Notes: generated from the sequence alone by a model not told the origin. Counted from the stretch's first letter, positions 52,252 to 63,048 are shown. The stretch is 64,000 nt of DNA from Lingula anatina (GCA_051362555.1 CM120643.1:12560644-12624643), one strand, 5' to 3'. Made by a program: numbers and translations.

Positions 52252-53585
52252 CTGAATATATAAAAAATAAATATGAAATTTTTACATTATATTATATCTC
52301 AAAGTTAATACTCTTTTATGAAAAACTACAGTCAATTAACAAAGTTGAAGTTTGCACACAGTGTTAAGTATATCCTGGCCAATACATTCAACCCTGTAAT
52401 AGACAATTTCTAGTCCATTGATAAATTGGGTAAAAAAATTACCACTCCTTCAACAAACAAAAAAACTTTTTTTATTTCTTATTTATCTTATCATATTCCT
52501 ATTTCTTTTTCTTAATTTTAAAACCTGTCCATTTATTTTCATTATTATTTTTTTGTTATTCATTTTAATAAAACACTTCTCATCTGCCCTAGCAAAAATC
52601 AAGCACTTTCCTACAACTTTTTGTTTGCACTTTTATCCCCCCAATGACTCATGTTTGTACTGAGCAGCTGTCCGTCTTTCATCTAAACTACACACCAATT
52701 CTTTATACCATATTCTGGTCTAATAATCCATTTACCATCCCCCCCTTAATCATTACATAGATATGGATTGCACATCTGGTAGAAGCATCACCTCAAATAT
52801 GTTTATACTATCTCGCCTTGTGTATATATTCAAGCATTACAAACGTGCCTTTACTTTGTGTGGTCATTAATAACACAGGAATTTGCATGAAATTTCAGAT
52901 ACGCCTATTATTCACAATGTTATACCTACAAAAACTACATATTTCCATGCATGTGAATGCGTGCATATACCAGGGATTAGATTGCCGTTTAGTGAAAAAG
53001 TAACAAAATATGGCGTGGGGTCCCAATAATTCGGTTATCCAACGAAAATCAGAAAAAAATCTTATCCCTGGTACACGCACTCACTAACAGCAGACATATA
53101 TCATATCCTTCTTATCTTTATTTATGACATTCTTATAATTTCAGTATACCAGCTACAGCATGTCCAAGTTGATGTATGCTCATATTAAAGAACTAACATC
53201 CAACTCATGGAACAGCAGAGTAATTTTTCTAATTTTTTTTTTATTGTTTTAACTTTTTCTGGTTTCAGATTAATGCGCCAGAACAAAAAATGGTTTGAAT
53301 GACAAAGTGTGAAAAAATTTAAACCTCTTTCTGACAATCTGATAACTTGACTTGATCCTCTGAAACAAAAGCAACTCTAGAAAGAGCCCAGAAAGTGAAC
53401 CAATTCCATAATTTTACAACACAAACTAATACTAAGTCTTATGTATACGCGGCAATTGAATCTGCATCCATGGATGCACATCAGTTTTAAATTTAGACTG
53501 AAAGTATACAATATGATTTGTGTTAATGATTATCATTCCTCAATATGGATGAAATGTTGAAGATTCAAAAATTTTAATTCCATAC

Positions 53586-53788
53586 CTTTAATACTGCATC
53601 TATACGTGCACCAGTCGCACTTGTATGGCTTCTCTCCAGTGTGAATTCGAATGTGCCGTTTCAGATCCGAGTTGATCTTGAACTTGGCATCGCAGATGGA
53701 ACACTGGAAGGGCGCATCTCCCGTGTGCGTGCGTAGGTGAACTATCAGTTGACTGGAGTTACGACTAGCATACGGACATATCTGACAC
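53586..53788 (-). CDS. ZFP64: ZFP64 exon 5: fingers 4, 5 and start of 6 ([29 protein letters not shown]...)
   Basis: Near-identical to the recalled vertebrate ZFP64 segment [29 protein letters not shown]; AG/GT boundaries; 203 nt, phase 2-1. Confidence 0.95.
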
Positions 53789-54370
53789 CTGAAACGCAAA
53801 GAAAATCCTTTTTTAGTAGCATATCAGTATTTCTAATAGAAAAACAGTATTTTAAGCAAGTCTTGTATCTTTTGGTATCAACTTGAGATAGAAATACAGT
53901 TAATTTGTTTTCAATAACAAACATACAAAAGCTTTATGAACATTTGTTATTATTATTATCAAAAGTAGTATCATTATGCAATGCAATTAAATAAAACTGT
54001 ACTCAAAGCTTTAGCACTTGACTTTTGTTAAAAATCCAAAGGATTTCACAATTAAAATAATGACAATGTCACAAAAACTGAACAGATGAAACTGCAATGA
54101 ATTCCACATAAAATTTGGTGGCCAGTTAATGTATACAAAGATATTTGATTTAAAACTTCTCAAAATTTTCCGAAAGAAAATGCACTCTATTTTCAGCTAT
54201 AAGAACAATTCTGAGGGCATCATACACATAAAGATCTTTACAGCCAATTGAATCCATCTAAGAAAATAGAACAAAAAGGTCCGAGGAATAAAAATCTTTG
54301 TTCTAGATTTCAAAAGAACATACACAACAGCAGGAAAAGGAGGTAGCAGTAGTCTTCTGTCAGCACTTAC

Positions 54371-54443
54371 TTAAAAGGCCTTTCATCTGTGTGAATTCTA
54401 ATATGTTTCTTCAAACTGCTGCTATCTCCAGTACTGTATGTAC
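54371..54443 (-). CDS. ZFP64: ZFP64 alternative exon 4b (CTYSTGDSSSLKKHIRIHTDERPFK), the ancestral-like variant
   Basis: TTTTCTCGTCCGCAG acceptor, GTAAGT donor, 73 nt, phase 1-2; resembles vertebrate DSSSLNKHLRIHSDERPFK. Confidence 0.92.
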
Positions 54444-54503
54444 CTGCGGACGAGAAAATAAACAGCATAACTGTTATAACTGACTAGAGGGGGAGGCACT
54501 TAC

Positions 54504-54576
54504 TTATAAGGCCGATCATTTGAGTGAATTCTGGCGTGACTTCTTACACTGCTGCTGTCCCAACTAGTGTAGGAAC
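54504..54576 (-). CDS. ZFP64: ZFP64 alternative exon 4a (CSYTSWDSSSVRSHARIHSNDRPYK), tandem duplicate of 4b
   Basis: TTTTCTCGTTCTCAG acceptor, GTAAGT donor, 73 nt, phase 1-2; open frame with both His ligands kept. Confidence 0.85.
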
Positions 54577-55300
54577 CTGAGAACGAGAAAAGAAACGACT
54601 AGAAACTTCTTTAAATATGGCGATAGTTTTCTTGAAACTTGAAACATATCCAGTTGCCTCGCTCTTTAGCCTTTGATACAGATTTCTTCTATTTTATAAA
54701 TAAAATACCCAGGTTTTCTGGTCTGAGAGTGAACTAGTTGCAATAATGGCTTAACAGTGATTTTGTTTTTCTGTGGAAAAGAAATTTATGTCTCAGATAC
54801 TGTTTATACAATGTCATAAGAAAATAATGACTTTTCTTTTTTGTTAGTCACACACTCATATATTAAACCAAAATACAAACGCACGAAGAGAAAAGTTATT
54901 AATTTTTATGTAATTATTTAAAATGGATGGTTAGCAATAACAGTATAAGAATCAATCACTTTTTTCTTCATGTAATTATATTTTGATTCAGTAAACATAT
55001 CCAACCAACTTAATGAAAGGACAGCATAACAAGCTGAAACTAAAGCAAAAAAAAGGCACATTCTGATAAATATTTATCTCTTGAAAGATAATCAATTATT
55101 AAGCATATTTTACTAAACAAACAGGATCATATCTACTTCAAGGAAATTTTGACCAATCATTTAGACAACAAAAACACAGGTTACAACTTGATTTTATGCA
55201 ATATATATATCACAATCAACTTTTAAAAGATTTTCAAATTTGTATCACCATTAAACAAATACAACATATGTTCAATACCTTAGCACATCAACACACTTAC

Positions 55301-55528
55301 AGTACTGGCACTGAAATGGCTTCTCTCCATAGTGGGACCTCTCATGGATCCTCAGCTTATCTTTGCGGTTGAAGGACCTGTTACACTCCTCACAGATGAA
55401 GGGTCGCTCGCCCGTGTGGATACGCGTGTGTCGCTCCAGGTCTTTGTTATACTGGGTCTCGTAGCTACAGCCTTCATATTGGCACTTGAATTTCTTCTCT
55501 CCCCGCGGAATATATCCTCTCGGGCCTG
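55301..55528 (-). CDS. ZFP64: ZFP64 exon 3: C2H2 fingers 1-2 and start of finger 3; NAGNAG acceptor (start 55528 or 55525)
   Basis: FKCQYEGCSYETQYNKDLERHTRIHTGERPFICEEC...FQCQY; donor T|GTAAGT at 55300; phase 1-1. Confidence 0.92.
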
Positions 55529-55940
55529 CTGAGTGTAAAAAATAATGTGGGGTATTGGGAAAAAAAAACTTGAAATAAACACTGACATCAAGGGAATCAA
55601 CCTCATGTGAAGGACACAATTAACCAAAATGCAAAACTTGTATTCACAACATATTGGGTTGTAACTTAGAGATATGGTGATCTTTTACTAATTCATATGT
55701 GAAATCTATTTCATAAAACACAATACAACATAATCACCGAAGACTTGTTTCTAACAACTTTTATATAATGAAAAAGACAGCAACTAGTACAGCTAGTGTT
55801 TTCAATTTAATTTACCACAGCACAATCAGAAATTAATAATTATTTAAAATGTCTGCTTTTCATTCAATTTCACAGCAAATAAATTTAAGTCTCAGTCTTA
55901 CTTAAAACTTCTCACCACAGAAAAAACACAAAAATTTTAC

Positions 55941-56573
55941 CTAGATTGGTCAGCCTGATGGGAGACCGAGACCTGTAAGGGATATTTGTCACAGTAACCC
56001 CTTCCTGTTTCTCACTATCATCACTTTCCTTTGGGGTGGGACTTGGGTCCCTTGGGGCTGGGGTTGCCAGGGTTGGTACCCCACCAGTGGTGTCAATGTT
56101 AATATCATCAGCGGTGCCAGGGTCCATGGCACCAGGGGTGCCAATCATTGCCGTGGGTGACGCCAGTGACGGGGAACCAGCATGCGGCAAAATGTTTGTC
56201 TCATTGTCATCATCATCGCCATCACTGTTATCATGACCATGGACACCATCGCCACCCCCCTCACCACTGCTATTCCTTAACTCATTCCTTTTCTCCTCTC
56301 TCTTTTTCTCTGCTGCAGATTGTTCTACTGGCTGTGTCACTTTGGATGGTGATACAGAGGTGTTGACAGGCTTGGAGGTTGTGGGCGTGGTGCTGGTTTT
56401 CGAGACTTGTGGGATGGTGCCGGACTGCGCCATCGCCAGCATGGACTTCTGCAGACGACTCAGCAGGACTGGACATCCTTGGGTTTTGTGGCGTATAAAT
56501 GTCTCGATGTTGACAAACTCTTCTCGGCAACCTCCACAGATATGGATGTCGTCTAGAAGAACGGTGTTGGTAC
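55941..56573 (-). CDS. ZFP64: ZFP64 exon 2: N-terminal C2HC module (DIHICGGCREEFVNIETFIRHKTQGC) plus low-complexity linker
   Basis: Matches the ZFP64-type DIHICGxC...FxxHKxxGC motif; CAG acceptor 56576-56574, G|GTAAAA donor at 55940; 633 nt, phase 1-1. Confidence 0.9.
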
Positions 56574-56959
56574 CTGAAGGAAAATCATTATGATCGTAGG
56601 ATAGGTTTATTGTTAACTGGCACAATAACTTCAAAGCAAAAGCTTTCATATACTTAAGTACTTCTATACTTCACTGATTAATTTTTGGAATAAACAATGA
56701 AAAATATATCTTACTTAAAACATTTCATTGCTTAGCAACGAAAATTATTTTTCACAAATGGTCCCAAAACCTTTGTTCCTCATATTCACAACAAAACCAC
56801 ATCATAGCTCTTTGCAAACACAATTTGGAATAAAAACTGAGGAGATAAAAGATAAAACAGCAATTTAATTGATGTATGTCCTTCAAAATTTTACACTACA
56901 TCTTTTCTTATTATTACAATTTTATTATTATTTTTTAAATTTTATTATTTATTCATTTT

Positions 56960-56990
<31 letters not shown>

Positions 56991-57620
56991 GGGTAGACCC
57001 CAGCCTTGCTCAAACAATCAAATGCTTTTTCTTTGTCTGGTAGCCACACAATAAATTTTAGTTAGTTTCTAAACAATGTGTATTTTTTTTTTAATTTATC
57101 CCTTCTAAAAAAAACATATACAAAATGCAAACTGGTAAGTAACGCATGCATACATGTAACATTACTAGTAACTACAGATGTACAGTGTGTCTTCATGCTT
57201 ATTATATTGGCATAATCCTAACGCCATTATTGCTGCAATATTTAAAAAAATTCATCACCTTAAAAAATCATAGCGCAATAAAATCATGAATAATCATACT
57301 GCCGTAGCACTTCGGGTATTAAAAAAGCTGATCACGTGACGTTCTCACACTACATGTTCGTGGAAATTAAAGTTATGGAAGCTTTGAAGTGGAACCACTT
57401 TATTGTGTAACGTTCCTATCTTAACCTTAACGTGGTGGTCTTCGGTGACAATCACGTGTGACTGTTTATATAGTATCCGGGGCCTTGCGCCTTTCCACCG
57501 CTCTGCTCTTCCTGGCCCCTCCCGGCCCCGTACCGCGTAGACACAATGGCCAACATATTTACAATCGAAATATATCAATAAAGCGGTGATTTTACGCAAA
57601 TATATTTATCATACACTTAC

Positions 57621-57633
57621 CTCCGGCGTTCAT
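57621..57633 (-). CDS. ZFP64: ZFP64 exon 1 coding part (MNAG+G)
   Basis: AAGATGAACGCCGGAG|GTAAGT; phase 1 fits exon 2; vertebrate ZFP64 also starts MNA; in a CpG-rich promoter region. Confidence 0.8.
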
Positions 57634-57699
57634 CTTTCGAACGCCTGGGTTTTTGTGAAAATCAACGCTTTGTAGGATGAACGGCGAGCCGATAAAACT

Positions 57700-57830
57700 T
57701 TGACCTTGAATTGAATCCCAGGTTCCAAACCAATATGGACGACCAAGATCAATAATGCAGTGCGCAAGCGCAGCTAAGCTGCCGGCAGAGGGCAGCAGGT
57801 GCCGGTATCGTTATCATAACTCATGTTGTG
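57700..57830 (-). promoter_or_regulatory. Candidate ZFP64 promoter with NRF1-like TGCGCAAGCGCA (57761-57772) and CTCF-like GCCGGCAGAGGGCAGCA (57781-57797)
   Basis: Motif matches ~130-160 nt upstream of the ATG in a CpG-rich context with no obvious TATA box. Confidence 0.45.
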
Positions 57831-59217
57831 GCTCCAAGATGTAAAGATATGCCGATAAACGGGTGGAGGTGACAGTTAAAGTGCAAACAATGCATAGAAA
57901 ACGTTTACTTGATAAAGGAATATGTGGAAAAGGGAGAGTTTGATTTTGGGAGAAATCGGTGGGAGGGTCTGCGACATTTAAAACAGAGACCATAGATCTA
58001 CATCGATTGTGGATAACGAATGTTTATTTTTGTATTGTAATAGCTGGATATAATATAGGTGTTGTCTAGTGTGCGATATGCCGTTCTAGGGCCTAGTAAT
58101 TGTAATGTTGGAGTCTTCTAAGTATAAAGATTACCTCACTGGCGATTGTTTTTGCCCGTGAAGCTAAGCAAGGCAACGCGTACTTATTAGAATTCACGTA
58201 GGTAGGCCTACCGGTATATGTCGTGGATTAAATCTTCTTCTTACTATTTTTTTTCTTTTTTTTCTTCCTTTGACTTTAATCCAATGAGCAATTTTTCTCT
58301 GCAGGTTCTAGGGCGGACCTTATGCTTGTTTAAAAAAAACGGTTATACAAACAATTACAACATAAGGCAATCGTTTGGCGCGAAGCATAGAGAAAAAAAA
58401 ATTAGCTGTGATCATTTGTAAATATTCATTTAAAAAATTCAAGAAATGTATAAATGCATCAAAGAGATCAATCGAAACAAGACATTTTCCTTATGGGGTG
58501 GACGAGAAATGTACTGGATGATCGTCATCGGCAAGGTGAATAAAATTTATGTATAAAACGAAGCGAGCAATTTTTATTGACTAATATACTAGTAATATAA
58601 ATTATGTACATTTTGTTTTCATTTAAGGTCCAATTGTTGCGTAAAAAATATCAAACCTTCAGATCACACACGGTAAGCATGCAATGGCGACAAGTGGTAG
58701 ATACTTTTGTGCCCCTTTTTCTCCATTTTACTATTTTATAATCAAAACCAAGCAATGTTTTGTGATCGAGTAGAATTAAATGAGGCAATGCTTTAAAAGT
58801 CAGATATATTCTGTTGAAATTTTCACAGGAACAAAACGCAACCGGTTGAACAGAGAAGAGCGGTTGAGTATGAATGTGTTAGAGAGGATTGCCGAATACT
58901 GATTCTGATTTTGACCACTAAACGAACTTTTTCACCCTGATAAACACTTGCAAAAAAGTAAGATTGAAAAAAAATCATAAATACAAAAGAAAAGCTCACA
59001 AAATATGAAGTACAAAAATATGAAGTACAAAAGTTCACTAAATACCTTTTTAACGTGAGTGTAATGAATGAGAGTTTCGAGAAGTAGACAAATAAGGTAT
59101 TAACGCAACTTGCAAAGCCTGCACACTACAAAAAAATTACAATAAGAACATTCGTTTTAAAAGAGATTCCTTCCTAATATTTATAATGGCAGTGCAACTT
59201 AAGGTGTTTATTTTTAC

Positions 59218-61776
59218 TCAGACGTTTATGTTATGTGGTCTCTGTTCCAGTTTTTCCCCCAGCTGATCCCAAAACAACTGCTGGCCGTTTGCATCTTCCG
59301 TCCACTCCAAAAATTCCCCTCTTTCCAGACGCTGTCGAAGAACCTTCGGGATTTTGCCATTTGGATTAAGACCCTTCAAAACGAGAATCATTTCGTACCG
59401 TTGCGGTCGTTCTACGGAAGTTTCATAGACGATCTGCTCCAGCTCAAATTGGACGCAGCGAGGATCACCGATGTAAGCGTCGGAAAGGACCACGATGGCT
59501 TTCCGCGTGCACTCAATGGCTTCCACCACGCTTTCCAACTCCGATTTGTCCGGCAAAAAGTTGAGGTCGCAGACAAGATTAAAGCGCCCGGCGTTGGGAG
59601 GTCGGGAGTCCATTCGTGCTAGCAGTTCTACTGCCACCCATTCTCTGTCTGCATCGACGCAGAATGAAACAAATGCATCCGACACGATGTTATCCCATTC
59701 CACTCGCTCGTAACCATGGGGCACATCACGCTTGAGGGCGAGACGTTTGAAGCGGTAATATCTTAGCTTTAGGAACCAGCGCCACCTGTACAAGGAAATA
59801 AAAACGACAACGAGAAGTGCCAACGTTCCGCCAACGGCCGAAGCCAGGTAGATTGGCCAACGATTAACGCAATCAATCGCATCCGGATCAAACTGCAATA
59901 AGGGCATACCTCGGCGTTCCGCTGGAGTATTACATGTGTAAACGTCCAATTGAGAAAGCGTGATGTTGGTTTGATTGATCCAACGTCGAAACCACACAAG
60001 ATCACAAGTGCAAGCAAACGGACTTCCACTGAGGTCCAGCGTCTGGAGCCTCCCCTCCAAGCCTCCTATGGATGATGAATTAACCAATGAGATCATGTTT
60101 TGACTGAGATTCAGAGCACGCAGGGATGTCATTGGCGCAAAGAGTTGCGAAGTGAAGAACGAGACTTGATTATCGCTGAGAGACAGATTTTTTACCGACG
60201 TCAGATTCTGAAACTGAGCAGGCCACAGCTGACTGATGCGATTTCTTTCCAACGTCAAATTCTCCAACTTATACAAATTCTTGAAGAGCATTCCGTTTGG
60301 GTCATTCTTGAAAACGTATCCTAGTTCATTATCACTTAGGAAAAGAATCTTCAGTTTGGAAGTACCCTTGAATAAGTCTAGGGGGATCGAAGAACTCCCA
60401 ATGTAATTCTTTGACATGTCGAGAAATTGTAAAGCCGACGACGAAGAGAATATGTCTGTCTGGATTAAGCCGATCCTATTGTCGTTCAGTTTCAATGTTT
60501 TGAGTTTATGAAGCATGCCGAAGACGGATTTGCCAATGGACGAAATGCGATTTTCAGATAGGTCTAATGTTTTAATTTTTTCTAACCCAGCAAAAGAATT
60601 TGTTGGTATCCTCTCAACTCCGCTTTTCCTTAGACGAAGCGTCTCTATGTTTCGCATACCAGCGAACTGAAAATCTTTAAAATTGATGATCTGATTTTCG
60701 CTGAGATCTAATATACGTAGACTATTCGGCAGATTTTGTGGCACGTAAGAGAGGAAGTTCTCATTCAAACGAAGTTCTTTCAACTTTGCCATGCCAGCAA
60801 AGACAGTTTGTTCAATGTCTCGGATCTGACAGGAGCTGGCATCTATGTAATCGGCGTTTCTCACGTGACTAAAGAGCCTCGGCTCGAGCTGGTGGACGGA
60901 GTTACAGTACATTTTTAGTTTCAGTAAAGGAGTTGAATTCAGGTATTGGAATGTATCACTGTTCATGACGCCACCAAAGGAAAGCGCTGGGATGTCTAAT
61001 GACGTCAGCTGCTTGGACTGACGTAACCCGAAGAGCCCGTCTCTTAGAGAAGTTGACGACAACGGGTTATGCCCAAGCGATAAGGATACGAGTGTGTCTG
61101 CAATGGGTTCCAAGCTAAGCTTCCCGATCTGAGCTATTTGGTTCCTGGCAAGATATAACTTTGCCACTTTGGATTGACGCAAGGACTTCAAGTCCCCGTC
61201 TGCAAGACGAGTTATCTTGTTGTTACTCAACGTTATTCGTGTAAGATTCAACAGCTTCCCAAAACCCTCAGGGAAAGAAGCGTTCGACAACTCATTGGTG
61301 TCTATGACGAAGGACACCAAAGCGCGCAGACGACCAAGATCCGGGATTGCTGTCAGTTCATTACCCCCCAGGTGAAGCATTTGGACGTTTTGTAACCCTT
61401 GGAGTGACGTGGCATTGAAATCCTTCAGGACGTTCGAAGATAGATATAATTCAGTGATATTAGTCGGATCCGTAAATGTGCCAGGTGCGATTTTGTTGAT
61501 TTTACAATTACTCAGGTACAGGACTCGAAGATGGATTAAACCCTTGAACGCGTCTGCCTGGATGTCGGTTAGAGTATTATGGTCCAGTCGAAGCTCTTGG
61601 ACGCTGACGGGTATTCCCGAGGGAATCTCCGAGAAGCCACGATTGCGACAGTCGACGATTTGGTAGTTATTCTTGCAATGGCACTTGTTTGGGCAGGTCT
61701 GTCCATTCGATTTTGAGGCACAGACTATGGCAAGAATTATTAACGCACAGAAAAATGGGATCTTGTATCGAACCAT
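59218..61776 (-). CDS. Toll-like receptor, vertebrate-type/single cysteine cluster, 852 aa, intronless CDS
   Basis: Signal peptide; LRRNT (CPNKCHC...VDC); ~21-22 LRRs (LxxLxLxxNxI); LRRCT (PFACTCDLVWF...YTCNTP...C); TM helix (WPIYLASAVGGTLALLVVVFISLY); basic stop-transfer; TIR (DAFVSF...RKAIVVLS...FEL...FLEW...FWDQL). Confidence 0.97.
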   Translation of the reverse strand: MVRYKIPFFCALIILAIVCASKSNGQTCPNKCHCKNNYQIVDCRNRGFSEIPSGIPVSVQELRLDHNTLTDIQADAFKGLIHLRVLYLSNCKINKIAPGTFTDPTNITELYLSSNVLKDFNATSLQGLQNVQMLHLGGNELTAIPDLGRLRALVSFVIDTNELSNASFPEGFGKLLNLTRITLSNNKITRLADGDLKSLRQSKVAKLYLARNQIAQIGKLSLEPIADTLVSLSLGHNPLSSTSLRDGLFGLRQSKQLTSLDIPALSFGGVMNSDTFQYLNSTPLLKLKMYCNSVHQLEPRLFSHVRNADYIDASSCQIRDIEQTVFAGMAKLKELRLNENFLSYVPQNLPNSLRILDLSENQIINFKDFQFAGMRNIETLRLRKSGVERIPTNSFAGLEKIKTLDLSENRISSIGKSVFGMLHKLKTLKLNDNRIGLIQTDIFSSSSALQFLDMSKNYIGSSSIPLDLFKGTSKLKILFLSDNELGYVFKNDPNGMLFKNLYKLENLTLERNRISQLWPAQFQNLTSVKNLSLSDNQVSFFTSQLFAPMTSLRALNLSQNMISLVNSSSIGGLEGRLQTLDLSGSPFACTCDLVWFRRWINQTNITLSQLDVYTCNTPAERRGMPLLQFDPDAIDCVNRWPIYLASAVGGTLALLVVVFISLYRWRWFLKLRYYRFKRLALKRDVPHGYERVEWDNIVSDAFVSFCVDADREWVAVELLARMDSRPPNAGRFNLVCDLNFLPDKSELESVVEAIECTRKAIVVLSDAYIGDPRCVQFELEQIVYETSVERPQRYEMILVLKGLNPNGKIPKVLRQRLERGEFLEWTEDANGQQLFWDQLGEKLEQRPHNINV

Positions 61777-61844
61777 TCTGCTGGATAGCAGTTAGCAGGT
61801 GTAGGGCCTATACTATGATGTCTTCCGAAGGTAATTGACAGCTA

Positions 61845-63048
61845 CTGAAAAAAAGAGAGATGAAAGATGTATTGAGAATACAATTGAGAAGCGAACTGTC
61901 CGTGCACGTTACGTAGTGCAAATTAAGGTAAGGGATAGGGGGGTAAGTCATCCCTACACGGACTTATTGACTCGAAATTTTTTACCAACTTAACATTTTA
62001 TAAACTGTCGAAGGTGGTGTGGGGGTTATGTAAATTTTGTTAAGTGTCAGTCATTTATGAGTCATTCATGTTTCGGAAAGAATGAAAACTGAGGAAATAC
62101 AGTCGCTTAGTAGCCACGTGCCAAACTGTCGTGGGCGCCTTTTGTTATACTATATGACACACTGTCACAAAAAATGCATTGATGTTAATAAGCTTTCGTT
62201 TTCATTGAGAATACTGCCGATGAAAACATTTTGCACTTCATGTTGCCTTTTGTTTGAAGTATTTACATACCTTTGTGTATAAAAACAAAAACAATCATGT
62301 GACGGAAAACATACAGCTTTCATGGTTCAGAAATCATGTGAATTAACCATTTAATCTAATCAGCTGATTTATCACACGCCCGTGACTATGGAAGAGAGAT
62401 TAAATTTTCCCCGTGGGTGGGGATATCAAAATGGGCTGCATCTGTGGTGCCTTTTTTTGGTTACACATGTATATCAACATATCGCTTCAGATACATCCAG
62501 ACGGATATATTATCTCTTCAAAGATTTTTATATGTATATACGAGTGAATTAAGTATGCTAAAATAAAATTAAATTACATTACATTACATTACATTACATT
62601 TTAAAAATAAAAAAGAACGCAGTGTAAAAAAAAACTCAAACACACTAAATCTAGACATAACATAAGGCGAGGAAAAGTATATAAAGATAAGAGATCGCGC
62701 TTCATTTCATAAGTCTGCATCAACAGGCTGAGTACTTCACACGATTTTAGAGTATTATAGGTTAGGCTTTAGATAAGCCCGCTAAACTAAGAGAGCCGAA
62801 ATATATCGTTTCCCTCCAAACCAGTCGTCCAATGTTCTTTCCCAGTAGTTGAAACATATTTCCCCAATAATACATTGCAATTTTCCTCACATGCAGTTTC
62901 ACCGTCGTATGAAACATTAAAATGAATAGGCCCTATTGATCGAGTCAATAACCATACAGCGGTTTTAGACTGTATAAATATATCTTGCCGTCTGGTAGAC
63001 ATGCATGTATGTATGTATGTATGACCTATTTAAACGAAGTACTCTCAC
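61845..63048 (-). other. Probable 5' UTR intron of the TLR gene
   Basis: Strong acceptor TCTCTCTTTTTTTTCAG ending at 61845, 68 nt upstream of the ATG; candidate donor CAG|GTGAGA at 63048. The pairing is inferred. Confidence 0.5.
62573..62600. repeat. (ATTAC)n pentanucleotide repeat
   Basis: Directly visible. Confidence 0.9.

Noticed and set aside
54504-54576. Reading exons 4a and 4b as consecutive constitutive exons encoding two fingers
   Set aside because: Neither carries the first Cys of its own finger, and joining them shifts the frame to a TAG within 7 codons.
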